Shown here: one piece after another, positions 8,927 through 17,919 of the stretch
Numbering within the stretch: position 1 is the stretch's first letter
Layout: each line of letters opens with the position of its first letter
From: a virus
Direction: 5' to 3' (one strand)
IMG/VR virus record: IMGVR_UViG_3300021963_000081
Span: 1-64,000 of that record
DNA: 64,000 nt
Translations under genes and position numbers: made by a program
The notes under the pieces: model-generated
What the model was told of the DNA's origin: nothing
Databases searched by the model: none
What the model saw: the letters and a program-made list of their open reading frames with translations, nothing else

Positions 8927-9355
8927 ATGGCTAATCCTACTCGAAAGATGATTGAAGTGTATGAGATGTTGAAGGACGGCAAGCCGCTGAAGTTCGATAC
9001 TCTCGTTTCGCGACTCGGCTGCAAGCCTGTGACTGCGATGGTCTTGATTTGTGCGTTGAAGCGTGACTGCAATGCTGATATTGAGACGATCCGCGATGGT
9101 CGTAAGGTTGACTCATATCAGTTGCATAATGCTGCTGCGATTGCCAGCAAGATGATTGGTAAGGCGAAGACCATCAAGGCACCGAAGGCTGCGAAGGTTG
9201 CTGTGCTGAAGACCAAGATTGCGGTTGGTCGTAAGCCGAAGGCTGTTGCGGTTGATGATGGTTCAGTTCCAACCGTCGAGGTTGAGGAAGTTGGTTTCGA
9301 CGAACTTGCCTCGCTGAAGGCTGAGTTGGGTCTGAGTGACTCTTATTCTGAGTAA
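8927..9355 (+). CDS. Hypothetical protein, possible winged-HTH with Lys/Ala-rich tail
   Basis: GGAG upstream of ATG 8927; helix pattern EVYEMLKDGKPL...LVSRLGCKPVTAMVLICALK. Confidence 0.6.
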   Translation: MANPTRKMIEVYEMLKDGKPLKFDTLVSRLGCKPVTAMVLICALKRDCNADIETIRDGRKVDSYQLHNAAAIASKMIGKAKTIKAPKAAKVAVLKTKIAVGRKPKAVAVDDGSVPTVEVEEVGFDELASLKAELGLSDSYSE

Positions 9356-9371
9356 GAATCTCTCGGAAATT

Positions 9372-9398
9372 GGGGGACGCAAGTCCCCCTTTTTCTTT
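9372..9398 (+). terminator. Rho-independent terminator
   Basis: GGGGGAC-GCAA-GTCCCCC followed by T tract. Confidence 0.85.
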
Positions 9399-9409
9399 AC
9401 AGGTGAATT

Positions 9410-9655
9410 ATGAATAAGACTACAGATGATGATTTGATGGCGGTTGAGATTGCATATAGTGAACTCACTCGTAAACTCGCAGAGAACGGTGTAAATCTTT
9501 TTGCTTGTTCTGCTGTTATGACAAAGTTGGCATTTATGATCTACAAAACATCACTCAATGCTGAAGACTATGAAATGATGATCAATAGCATTTCAGATAG
9601 TCGTAATCAAATCATGTCATTTGACGAAATTGCAAGTATTGGTCGATTGAACTAA
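9410..9655 (+). CDS. Hypothetical protein (81 aa)
   Basis: AGGTG RBS, coupled to next ORF. Confidence 0.65.
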   Translation: MNKTTDDDLMAVEIAYSELTRKLAENGVNLFACSAVMTKLAFMIYKTSLNAEDYEMMINSISDSRNQIMSFDEIASIGRLN

Positions 9656-9912
9656 TGAATCGTCAATGGCGTCTTGCCGATAAAAACAATCACTACTATC
9701 ATCAATCACATAATGGGTTGATTGTAGGTCATGCGTACAATGTTGTTCATACGATTGTTTGGGGTGCGAAAATTCCAATCAATGCTGCTGAGGAATTGAT
9801 CCTCGGTCAGTATGTTGAACTTGAATACGCTAAACGAGCGATTGAAGAATATTGGGAAAAGGATGACAAAACATTTGAGGCGGTGCATGAACATCTTTTA
9901 TCTAAATCGTGA
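9655..9912 (+). CDS. Hypothetical protein (85 aa)
   Basis: TAATG coupling. Confidence 0.65.
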   Translation: MNRQWRLADKNNHYYHQSHNGLIVGHAYNVVHTIVWGAKIPINAAEELILGQYVELEYAKRAIEEYWEKDDKTFEAVHEHLLSKS

Positions 9913-10435
9913 TACGAAAATCTGCGCTCAAGAGCATTGCGACAAACATGTCGTCAAGATGATCGTTGAGTATGCGCAATTGATGTCGACTGCTCATCGC
10001 ATTCTCGATGGCAATCACTATTTCGACAAGAGTAAAAACAATCGCAAGATTCATCGTTGGAAGTTAGATCAGTATCGTGAAGATACGATGTATCATGCAG
10101 TGAGTTGGAATCATCCTTCTGCTATTTGGGTTCGTGAGTCTTTCGATCACTACCAGTGGCTCTGGAATATGGCTTCTGAACTCTGTCAGGAATATCGCCA
10201 CCGCTATGGCGGCGCGAATGATAAGCAGCACAAGTCGTCGTTGGTCATTCAGAAACTCAGTTTCGCTCCTGATAATATCCCCCGAACAGGAGTCTTTTCC
10301 GAGCCGCCACAAGCCATGCCAGAGGATGTGAAGGTTCCTGGAAACTCGATCGCTGCTTATCATAACTATTATCGAGTCTACAAGAAACGTTTTGCGCGAT
10401 GGACTAATCGTGAGGTTCCTTCGTGGTATAAATAA
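9887..10435 (+). CDS. Pyrimidine-dimer DNA glycosylase-like protein
   Basis: MNIFYL...HCDKHVVKMIVEYAQLMSTAHR, NHPSAIWVRES, PPQAMP, AYHNYY; start moved to ATG 9887 after GAGG. Confidence 0.75.
   Translation: MNIFYLNRDTKICAQEHCDKHVVKMIVEYAQLMSTAHRILDGNHYFDKSKNNRKIHRWKLDQYREDTMYHAVSWNHPSAIWVRESFDHYQWLWNMASELCQEYRHRYGGANDKQHKSSLVIQKLSFAPDNIPRTGVFSEPPQAMPEDVKVPGNSIAAYHNYYRVYKKRFARWTNREVPSWYK
10427..10434 (+). promoter_or_regulatory. T4-type late promoter
   Basis: TATAAATA just upstream of GAGG-ATG 10440. Confidence 0.7.
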
Positions 10436-10439
10436 GAGG

Positions 10440-11057
10440 ATGAAGAAATTCCTCGATTATCTACAAGAAGAAGCCGCAAAAACCCATGGGCTCCACGTAT
10501 TCGACGTGGATGATACTCTCTTTCACACGACTGCCAAGATCCGTGTAATGAAGGGGAAGAAACAAGTCGCTTCTCTTTCCAACTCAGAGTATAACACGCA
10601 CAAACTTCCTGCAGGACACCATTACGATTATTCTGAGTTTCGTTCTGCAGAAAAGTTTGACACTGAATCAAAGCCAAATCAGCGTATGATTCAGAAGATG
10701 AAACAGTTACACGATAAGACCAAGAAGGGTGGTGGTAAGGTTATCATCAATACTGCTCGCGCAGACTTTGATGATAAGGATCGTTTTCTTGATGCGTTTC
10801 GTAAACAAAAAGTCGACATTGATAACATTCATGTTCATCGTGCAGGCAATTTAGATACTCAAGGTACTGTTGCTGATAAGAAAGCATCAATCATTCGCAA
10901 TCAGATTCAAAAGGGAAATTACAAACATGTTTCTCTTTATGATGACAGCGAACAAAATCTAAAGTCATTCTTAGAATTGAAGAAAGAATTTCCGCACATT
11001 AATTTTAATGCGCATCACGTGAAACCAGACGGAAAATCAAAACGATACACTGGGTGA
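10440..11057 (+). CDS. HAD-superfamily phosphatase-like protein
   Basis: VFDVDDTLF, INTAR, LYDDSEQNL. Confidence 0.7.
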   Translation: MKKFLDYLQEEAAKTHGLHVFDVDDTLFHTTAKIRVMKGKKQVASLSNSEYNTHKLPAGHHYDYSEFRSAEKFDTESKPNQRMIQKMKQLHDKTKKGGGKVIINTARADFDDKDRFLDAFRKQKVDIDNIHVHRAGNLDTQGTVADKKASIIRNQIQKGNYKHVSLYDDSEQNLKSFLELKKEFPHINFNAHHVKPDGKSKRYTG

Positions 11058-11060
11058 TAT

Positions 11061-11390
11061 ATGCCAACATATGAGTTTGTGAATACAAAGACTGGCAAGA
11101 TTGAAGAACATATGATGTCTGTTTCTGCCTATGATCAATTCAAGGCAGACAATCCGCATTTAGAAAGATACTATAGCGATGCACCGCTATTCAGTTACAG
11201 CGGAACAAAAGATTTTTCAAGTGGAAAAACAGATAACACATTTAAAGAAGTTATGCAAAAGATTGCTGAGAAACACCCAGCAAGTCCACTAGCACAAAAA
11301 GTTTTAAAGAAATCGACGAAGGAAATTAAAACTCGTCAGGCTCTTGAAAAACACCGTAAGAGGCAAGCCGCTGCTCAAGCAGGGAAGTGA
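11061..11390 (+). CDS. Conserved T4-like phage protein (FmdB-like N-terminus)
   Basis: MPTYEFVNTKTG...NPHLE...FKEVMQKIAEKHP, in its usual position upstream of phoH. Confidence 0.7.
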   Translation: MPTYEFVNTKTGKIEEHMMSVSAYDQFKADNPHLERYYSDAPLFSYSGTKDFSSGKTDNTFKEVMQKIAEKHPASPLAQKVLKKSTKEIKTRQALEKHRKRQAAAQAGK

Positions 11391-12153
11391 GGGAGTTTTG
11401 AGTAAGAAGAAAAATGGAAACACTAACACTTACATCGAAATAACATCGGAAAATACGGAGAAGAAGCCACCGCGAATCAAAGCAGCGGAACTGAAAAAAT
11501 TTGAACCACTCACACCCAATCAAGCAAAGTTCTTTGAAACTTATGCGCGTGGTGACTACTTTACCATGCTCTGTGGTTCAGCAGGTACTGGTAAATCATT
11601 CATTGCTTGTTACAAAGCAATTGAAGAAGTCCTCGATCGTTCATCACCATTTCATCGTGTAGTCATTGTTCGCTCTGCTGTTCAGTCTCGTGATCTTGGA
11701 TTCACTCCAGGATCTGTTGAAGAAAAAATGAGTTTGTATGAACAGCCATATATGCAGATCTGTCATACGTTGTTTGGTCGTCGTGATGCATATGATGCGA
11801 TGAAGGAATGTGGTCGTATTGAATTCATCTCCACGAGTTTCATTCGCGGTATGAGTTTCGATGATGCTGTAATCATCGTCGACGAATGCCAGAATATGAC
11901 TTGGGAAGAGTTGACTACAATTATGACTCGTGTGGGTTATCGCTCCAAGATCATCTTCTGCGGCGACTACAAACAGACAGATCTTTATCGCAGCAACAAA
12001 GACAAGAGTGGACTTCGCAAGTTCCACGAGGTTGCCAAGACTATGCAGTCGTTTACCAATATCGAGTTTACGACAGAAGATATCGTTCGCAGTAGTCTTG
12101 TCAAGGACTTCTTGGTGGCTGTTGAGAAGTATGAAAGGCAAGAAAATACTTGA
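11344..12153 (+). CDS. phoH: PhoH-like ATPase (start uncertain, possibly TTG 11398)
   Basis: GSAGTGKS, RDLGFTPG, FIRGMSFDDAVIIVDECQN, GDYKQTDL, EDIVRS. Confidence 0.93.
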   Translation: MKNTVRGKPLLKQGSEGVLSKKKNGNTNTYIEITSENTEKKPPRIKAAELKKFEPLTPNQAKFFETYARGDYFTMLCGSAGTGKSFIACYKAIEEVLDRSSPFHRVVIVRSAVQSRDLGFTPGSVEEKMSLYEQPYMQICHTLFGRRDAYDAMKECGRIEFISTSFIRGMSFDDAVIIVDECQNMTWEELTTIMTRVGYRSKIIFCGDYKQTDLYRSNKDKSGLRKFHEVAKTMQSFTNIEFTTEDIVRSSLVKDFLVAVEKYERQENT

Positions 12154-12178
12154 CTTTTACTTGACTTTGGTATAGAAT
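12150..12178 (+). promoter_or_regulatory. Sigma70-like promoter
   Basis: TTGACT -17 nt- TAGAAT. Confidence 0.65.
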
Positions 12179-12210
12179 AACTATGTCTGGTTTCATTGAG
12201 TATCTACATC

Positions 12211-12894
12211 ATGTTTAATCGTATTCGTCATGACTTTCCCAAACTCTTGCAAGAGAACGTTGATGGGACTCGGCACTATGTCACTCCGACTGGTGAGAAG
12301 TATCCGTCTGTCACCACAGTTCTTTCTGATTATGGGAAAGAAGCAATTCTAGAATGGCGCAAGAGAGTCGGCGAGGAAAAAGCCAACGAAGTCTCTCGCA
12401 AAGCCACTACTCGTGGAACCAGTGTCCATAAAGCATTGGAAATGTATCTCAGCAATGAGGATGTTTCTTCTCTCGAGATGCTACCGAACGTCAAGTCTTT
12501 GTTCGTTCGAATGAAGCAAGAAATAGATGCCAAGGTCAACAACATTCATTGTCTTGAAGATCGTCTATTCTCTCATGAACTACAACTTGCTGGAACAGTC
12601 GACTGTATTGCTGAGCATAACGGCATTCTCTCTGTGATCGACTTTAAGACTTCTGTAAGATTAAAGAAAAAAGAGAACATCGGCAATTACTTTATGCAAG
12701 CCGCTGCCTATCGCCAGATGTTCTACGAGATGACTGGTCTAGATGCCAAACAGGTCATTATCCTTATCGGTGTCGATACTGCTAACTTCTGCCAAACTCT
12801 TGTAGTCAAAGAGGATGAATTGGAACTACACAAGCAAGAATTGCTTAAATATATCGAAGCCTACAGAACCAAGAATAACTTGCCTTTGCTTTGA
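12211..12894 (+). CDS. PD-(D/E)xK exonuclease (T4-like phage, Cas4-related fold)
   Basis: YPSVTTVL, EWRKRVG, RGTSVH, AGTVDCI, IDFKTS, YFMQAAAY. Confidence 0.88.
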   Translation: MFNRIRHDFPKLLQENVDGTRHYVTPTGEKYPSVTTVLSDYGKEAILEWRKRVGEEKANEVSRKATTRGTSVHKALEMYLSNEDVSSLEMLPNVKSLFVRMKQEIDAKVNNIHCLEDRLFSHELQLAGTVDCIAEHNGILSVIDFKTSVRLKKKENIGNYFMQAAAYRQMFYEMTGLDAKQVIILIGVDTANFCQTLVVKEDELELHKQELLKYIEAYRTKNNLPLL

Positions 12895-12908
12895 TTCTGT
12901 AGTATACT
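12880..12908 (+). promoter_or_regulatory. Sigma70-like promoter
   Basis: TTGCCT -17 nt- TATACT. Confidence 0.65.
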
Positions 12909-12924
12909 ATATCTGTCCGTTACG

Positions 12925-13338
12925 ATGGAGAAGCAAATGAAATGCATATCTTTAGTTGCTATGAGTGCAGTCCTCCTGATTGGCTCGCAAAATGCCGCCG
13001 CTCAGAGTCAGGACGATATCGACGTGTTGTTAGGTGCCGCTGCTGGAGCCGCACTTGGTTCAACAATCGGCGACGGTGATGGTCGCAAGGTTGCCACTGT
13101 TCTTGGTGGATTGATTGGCGCAAACATGGCGCGGAATCGTCATGAGGAACGTCATGGCTATCGTTATGTCGGTCAGCGTTTCGAATCAATCTGCAAAGAT
13201 CGTGTTCCTGCACAGTATCGCAATAATGTCGGCGTTGCGCGTTCTTGGGTGCAAGGTTGTGTTGCTCGCCTTGAGCAACGTCAGGCTGAACTTGAACAAC
13301 AAGCATTTGAGGAGGCATTGAATGGATCTGCCAATTAA
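12925..13338 (+). CDS. Secreted/membrane glycine-zipper 2TM protein (start may be 12937)
   Basis: Signal-like N-terminus; LLGAAAGAALGSTIGDGDGRKVATVLGGLIGA. Confidence 0.75.
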   Translation: MEKQMKCISLVAMSAVLLIGSQNAAAQSQDDIDVLLGAAAGAALGSTIGDGDGRKVATVLGGLIGANMARNRHEERHGYRYVGQRFESICKDRVPAQYRNNVGVARSWVQGCVARLEQRQAELEQQAFEEALNGSAN

Positions 13339-13486
13339 TGAGTATGAGTTGAGCGTGATCATTGAATGTTTACAGCGTGATGGTCGCTGGGAATTGCGCG
13401 ATCGACTTCTTCTTGTTTCAGAATTAATGAAAGACGGAAAACCTTACAAGAAGATTCTTCGAGAGGAATACAATCTCGTCGCCTGA
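13322..13486 (+). CDS. Hypothetical protein (54 aa), not in ORF track
   Basis: GAGGAGG RBS; MDLPINEYELSVIIECLQRDGRWELRDRLLLVSELMKDGKPYKKILREEYNLVA*. Confidence 0.6.
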   Translation: MDLPINEYELSVIIECLQRDGRWELRDRLLLVSELMKDGKPYKKILREEYNLVA

Positions 13487-13522
13487 TAGTCTAAGACTAT
13501 TATAACCATTGAATCAATTTAT
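13486..13522. promoter_or_regulatory. OxyR-type operator upstream of ahpC
   Basis: ATAG-N7-CTAT-N7-ATTG-N7-TTAT, 14/16 match to ATAG-N7-CTAT-N7-ATAG-N7-CTAT. Confidence 0.7.
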
Positions 13523-13597
13523 CGGTAGAATGACGTAAAATTGAATTTTTACGTTCTATATAATCACGAACATTTCTTTTATAACAGGAGTTTGGAA

Positions 13598-14182
13598 ATG
13601 AGAATGAAGACAGTTGGAGATAAGTTAAAGAATTTTGCAATCACTGGCGTGAAGCCTGGTGCTCTTACACCTGATAACGCATTTGAAACAATTACGAATG
13701 AATCTTTCGCAGGTAAGTGGAAGGTCATTGTATTCTATCCAAAGGACTTCACCTTCGTTTGCCCAACGGAAATCGTTGCTTATGATAAGTTGAACAAAGA
13801 TTTTGCTGACCGCGATGCGGTTCTTTTGATCGGTTCAACAGACAACGAGTTCTGTAAGTTGGCGTGGAAGAATGCTCATGAAGGTCTCAAGGCAACAACC
13901 TCTTGGTTCTTTGCTGACACTGCTCGTGATCTTGAAGATGTCTGGGATGAAGATACAAACAGCCTCGTTCAGCAACTCGGCGTATTCTACAAGCCAGCAG
14001 GTGCAGCACTACGCGCAACATTTATTGTTGACCCAGAAAATGTCATTCAGCACGTTACAGTAAACAATCTTAATGTCGGTCGCAATGCTGATGAAACACT
14101 TCGTGTTCTCGATGCACTTCAGACAGGTGAACTTTGCCAATGCAATCGTAAGGTTGGTGAAGAAACATTAGTCATTGGCTAA
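13598..14182 (+). CDS. ahpC: Peroxiredoxin AhpC
   Basis: FYPKDFTFVCPTE, VGRNADETLRVLDALQTGELCQCN; AGGAG before ATG 13598. Confidence 0.95.
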   Translation: MRMKTVGDKLKNFAITGVKPGALTPDNAFETITNESFAGKWKVIVFYPKDFTFVCPTEIVAYDKLNKDFADRDAVLLIGSTDNEFCKLAWKNAHEGLKATTSWFFADTARDLEDVWDEDTNSLVQQLGVFYKPAGAALRATFIVDPENVIQHVTVNNLNVGRNADETLRVLDALQTGELCQCNRKVGEETLVIG

Positions 14183-14183
14183 T

Positions 14184-14336
14184 ATGAAGAAGAAAAAGGT
14201 TCACGTTTGCCTCGGGTGTGGTTACCAATACGACGAAAAGAAGTATGGTAAGTTTGAAGATCTAGATGAAGATTTTCTCTGCCCCGATTGCAAATGCGAA
14301 AAAGATATGTTCGAAGAAAGGGAGATTGAACAATGA
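14184..14336 (+). CDS. Rubredoxin-like protein (50 aa), not in ORF track
   Basis: VCLGCGYQYD...FEDLDEDFLCPDC; stop overlaps ahpD ATG. Confidence 0.8.
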   Translation: MKKKKVHVCLGCGYQYDEKKYGKFEDLDEDFLCPDCKCEKDMFEEREIEQ

Positions 14337-14842
14337 GTTGGGTTGATGAAATCAAGGATTGGATTCCAGAGTACGCAAAGGACATTCGTCTCAATCTGGA
14401 TAACGTCATCAATCGCAGCACATTAGATCCTGTTGTGGTCAATGGTGTTGCGCTGGCTGCTGCTTTTGCATCTAATAATGATACACTAGTGAATCTGATC
14501 AAGCCAAGAATGCTTGAGCAAGATAGCAATGCAGCACTCAGCGCAGCATCAATCATGGCGATGACAAATGTGTGGTATCCATATTTGGAAATGACAGGTG
14601 ACGCTGCAATTAAAGGATTGCCAGCACAACTTCGTATGAATGTGATTATGAGTCATGGTGGAACAACAAAGGCGAATTTCGAGGCATATTCTCTCGCCGC
14701 TTCTATCGTCGGCAGATGCCACTTCTGTGTCAAGGCTCACTATGACACACTCAAGAAAGAAGGGTTTACCGTTGAACAACTTCGCGACGTCGGTCGTATC
14801 GCTGCGGTTGTCGCTGCTGTTGCAAAAGTCTATCGCGGCTAA
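14333..14842 (+). CDS. ahpD: Alkylhydroperoxidase AhpD
   Basis: IPEYAKDIRLNL, AASIMAMTNVWY, LRMNVI, SIVGRCHFCVKAH. Confidence 0.92.
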   Translation: MSWVDEIKDWIPEYAKDIRLNLDNVINRSTLDPVVVNGVALAAAFASNNDTLVNLIKPRMLEQDSNAALSAASIMAMTNVWYPYLEMTGDAAIKGLPAQLRMNVIMSHGGTTKANFEAYSLAASIVGRCHFCVKAHYDTLKKEGFTVEQLRDVGRIAAVVAAVAKVYRG

Positions 14843-14852
14843 ATAAAATTAA

Positions 14853-15140
14853 TGGTTGTAAACTGACGACTAAAGGTGTTCTGGACTCGGGTTCGACCCC
14901 CGACATCTCCACCAAATGCCCATCACCTCTGCAGCAATGTACGTGGTGGCTATCTTATGGGGATGAATTTGGCTTCGACAGGGCAAGTAATAAACCGACA
15001 GCAACCAGTGAGGCGACTGACTTAATCAGCGCAAAAACAGTAAATGCAAACGATAGCAATTACGACGTTCGACTTGCTGCCTAATAAGCAATAGTAAGTT
15101 GTAGGGTTTGGTGGTTTTTCCTAGTAACAGAAAAACCACC
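14853..15140 (+). ncRNA. ssrA: Circularly permuted (two-piece) tmRNA
   Basis: Acceptor piece ends GGTTCGACCCCCGACATCTCCACCA (14914); 44-nt spacer; coding piece starts GGGGATG (14959), giving G3.U70; tag ANDSNYDVRLAA* at 15046-15084; TGGTTGT/GCAACCA and TGTTCTG/CAGGGCA pair the two pieces. Confidence 0.93.
15110..15140. terminator. Hairpin at tmRNA 3' end, between convergent transcripts
   Basis: GGTGGTTTTTC-CTAGTAACA-GAAAAACCACC. Confidence 0.6.
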
Positions 15141-15481
15141 TATATTTGAGGGTAGACCCAAGTCCAAGAACCATCAGGTAAATATGACTTTCTTCTACCA
15201 GTTGCAGTTTTTGAGAGAGCAATTGCACCTTTTTTACCGTTTTGAGCGGCTAACGGATTATGAATTCCTTTGTTCCACGCCTCACAGCCTTTTAGTTTTT
15301 CGCTTATGGCGATTTTATGCTCTTCGCTAATCGTTCCACCCTTATTTGTAAACTGCCATTTGTCAAATTTTATAGCGTCCTCTGGAATCAACTCTAATTG
15401 TTGATCAGAGGGTAATTGTGTTGGATCGAACTCTGTGTTGAGAATTTCGCAGAGTCGTTTAGAGAAATTATAAGTATACAT
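15140..15481 (-). CDS. NUMOD3-like DNA-binding-motif protein (homing-endonuclease-related, no visible catalytic domain)
   Basis: ISEEHKIAISEKLKG, AWNKG, DGSWTW; AGGAG before ATG 15481. Confidence 0.6.
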   Translation of the reverse strand: MYTYNFSKRLCEILNTEFDPTQLPSDQQLELIPEDAIKFDKWQFTNKGGTISEEHKIAISEKLKGCEAWNKGIHNPLAAQNGKKGAIALSKTATGRRKSYLPDGSWTWVYPQI

Positions 15482-15549
15482 GCTGGCACTCCTTACAGTG
15501 TTAGAGTCGGTGGATACTGGTAATATCGCGACCGACACCTTTATTTATA
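15482..15549 (-). promoter_or_regulatory. Late promoter plus two-hairpin leader occluding the RBS
   Basis: Minus strand: TATAAATA, GTCGGT...ACCGAC stem, then CACT-GTAAGG-AGTG covering AGGAG. Confidence 0.65.
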
Positions 15550-15582
15550 TAATTTTTTGTGTGAAAAGTGTCTGGAGATCAT

Positions 15583-16200
15583 TTAAATTGAATCATCAAA
15601 GTGTGTTGAATATTCGAGTAATGAGAAATCTCTAAGGTACAAAGACTTTACTAATCCAATATTTTCTTTATTGTAAGTCTGCACATACTCATTATCAATA
15701 TATGTGCTTTTATTTCTATGTGAAATCTTTGTATTAAAATCATCTTCAAATTCTTTTAAGTTCTCAAATCTATAGACTTTATCTAGTTTTATTTCTCCAC
15801 AATCATCCAACAAAAAGAATGATTGATCGAATAGACTAAAATTATTTCTATTGAGTGTGATTGGTGAGAACAGAGCGTCACCCATTGTCCTCTTATACTT
15901 CAAGAAATCATTAAATGTAAATGTTTCAGAAAGGCTAGACAAAGAGTTGTATTTGAGTTTTAGTAGAAATGCTTTATAATGACTATACGCTCTCTGATAT
16001 GGATTTCTCACCACAGCAAATTTGAAGAACTCTGAGGGGTTATTTGCAAGAACTAAAGAATAGTATGGATCGTGATTACTATATGATGGATTTCTTCTGG
16101 GCGAATGTTCTCTTGAATATTTTTGTCTTAAGAAATCATTTATGGAAGTTCCAGCAGTTCTTGGCACATGAACGAACATCACTCTACTTTTATCTTGCAT
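15583..16200 (-). CDS. Sulfotransferase (Sulfotransfer_2-like)
   Basis: FVHVPRTAGTS (5'-PSB), FAVVRNPYQRAYSHY (3'-PB), YRFENL, Y.RDF.LLEY. Confidence 0.85.
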   Translation of the reverse strand: MQDKSRVMFVHVPRTAGTSINDFLRQKYSREHSPRRNPSYSNHDPYYSLVLANNPSEFFKFAVVRNPYQRAYSHYKAFLLKLKYNSLSSLSETFTFNDFLKYKRTMGDALFSPITLNRNNFSLFDQSFFLLDDCGEIKLDKVYRFENLKEFEDDFNTKISHRNKSTYIDNEYVQTYNKENIGLVKSLYLRDFSLLEYSTHFDDSI

Positions 16201-16246
16201 AAAAATACCTTATAATATATGCCTAAATATTTATTCACTGCAAAAA

Positions 16247-16891
16247 ATGGAGGCAACTAACATGGATGCAGTCGCAATTTTGACTAAGATCGAACAATAT
16301 TTTGACCGTAATCATAATCTATTTATGAGGTTTGGTGGACTGTTTGCTATGATCTTTTTCATGATGTATGTGCCATACAACATGGTATCTCGCGTAACAG
16401 ATAAACTAGAAGCGCAACAAAATGTCTCTATTGCGCTTGCTTATGAACTTCAACACATGTCTTCAAAAATGCAGTTTCTAGAACTCTCATATGACGATAA
16501 GAAAAGGGTCATGAGAGAGGTTGAATGTCTGGCGCAAAACATTTACTTTGAAGCAGGGTCAGAACCAACTGCAGGCAAGATTGCGGTTGCAACTGTGACG
16601 CTCAATCGGTTTCGAGAGGGATATGCTAAAAGTATCTGTGGTGTTGTGAAACAAAAGTATAATGGAGTATGTCAATTCTCATGGGTTTGTGAGAAGAACA
16701 AGACCATTCGATCTAGATCTAGTTACAGAGAAGCAATTATAATTGCTGAGAATATGTTGATTTCTAAACGAAATTACGGTACAATGGATAATGCTTTGTA
16801 CTTCCATGCAGACTACGTTAATCCTTCGTGGGCAAAAACAAAAGATTTTGTGAGGAAGATTGGGCGACATCTCTTCTATAAAGAGGGCTGA
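16247..16891 (+). CDS. SleB-like cell-wall hydrolase with N-terminal TM anchor
   Basis: [45 protein letters not shown]. Confidence 0.9.
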   Translation: MEATNMDAVAILTKIEQYFDRNHNLFMRFGGLFAMIFFMMYVPYNMVSRVTDKLEAQQNVSIALAYELQHMSSKMQFLELSYDDKKRVMREVECLAQNIYFEAGSEPTAGKIAVATVTLNRFREGYAKSICGVVKQKYNGVCQFSWVCEKNKTIRSRSSYREAIIIAENMLISKRNYGTMDNALYFHADYVNPSWAKTKDFVRKIGRHLFYKEG

Positions 16892-16892
16892 T

Positions 16893-17918
16893 ATGCGAAT
16901 TATTGATGATGTGAAACTTGACTATAAAGATGTTCTTATAATCCCCAAGAGATCTGCTCTGGCATCAAGAAGTCAAGTAAATCTTGAGAGAAAGTTTACT
17001 TTCCGTAGTGGAAATAGTTGGGTTGGTATTCCAGTTATTGCTGCAAATATGGATGGCGTTGGAACACTAATGATGGATGATGCGATGAACAATCATAAGT
17101 GTATGGTTGCTCTCACAAAGCATTATTCAAAAGAGGATCTTACTGAACAGTTTACTAAACGATTAAACAGCAGTGTTTATTCTTTAGGTATCTCAGATTC
17201 TGATTTGCAGAAATTTGATAGTGTATTCCATTCTGCAGCATATAACCAAAACATGCGTGTTTGTATTGACGTTGCGAATGGCTATACGCAATCGTTCGTT
17301 GATTTCATTCAAAGATTTCGCGAAAAGTATCCATATGTGGTACTGATGGCAGGTAATGTTGTTACACCAGAGATGACAGAGGAATTAATTCTCAGCGGTG
17401 TTGACATTGTGAAGGTTGGTATTGGTCCTGGCTCAGTTTGCACCACTCGCAAGATGACAGGCATCGGCTTCCCGCAGTTAAGTGCAGTTATAGAGTGCGC
17501 TGATGCTGCACATGGTCTCAAGGGTCACATCATAGCGGATGGAGGGTGTTCCGTTCCTGGAGACGTTGTGAAAGCATTTGCTGCGGGAGCCGATTTCGTG
17601 ATGCTTGGTGGTATGTTGGCTGGTCACAAAGAAGGTGGTGCATCAGCAGTTGGTGGTAATCAATTCTATGGTATGAGTTCTGACACTGCCATGGATTTAC
17701 ATAATGGTGGTGTGGCAAACTATCGTGCCTCTGAAGGCAAGACTGTAGAGATCCCATACCGTGGTGAGGTGAGTAGAACGCTGCAAGAAATCTTTGGTGG
17801 TCTACGCTCAGCATGTACATATGTTGGAGCAAGTGAATTGAAGGAGTTGAGTAAGCGAACCACTTTTGTTCGTGTGACTCAGCAGTTGAACAATTCCTTG
17901 AGTGCATATGAGATCTAA
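16893..17918 (+). CDS. guaC: GMP reductase
   Basis: [50 protein letters not shown]. Confidence 0.95.
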   Translation: MRIIDDVKLDYKDVLIIPKRSALASRSQVNLERKFTFRSGNSWVGIPVIAANMDGVGTLMMDDAMNNHKCMVALTKHYSKEDLTEQFTKRLNSSVYSLGISDSDLQKFDSVFHSAAYNQNMRVCIDVANGYTQSFVDFIQRFREKYPYVVLMAGNVVTPEMTEELILSGVDIVKVGIGPGSVCTTRKMTGIGFPQLSAVIECADAAHGLKGHIIADGGCSVPGDVVKAFAAGADFVMLGGMLAGHKEGGASAVGGNQFYGMSSDTAMDLHNGGVANYRASEGKTVEIPYRGEVSRTLQEIFGGLRSACTYVGASELKELSKRTTFVRVTQQLNNSLSAYEI

Positions 17919-17919
17919 T

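Noticed and set aside
12211-12894. CRISPR-associated Cas4
   Set aside because: No four-Cys Fe-S motif, cas genes or array; matches the common T4-like phage exonuclease next to phoH.
14884-14914. Stand-alone tRNA or attachment-site remnant
   Set aside because: The T-arm/CCA segment pairs with GGGGATG at 14959 and belongs to the permuted tmRNA; no integrase is nearby.
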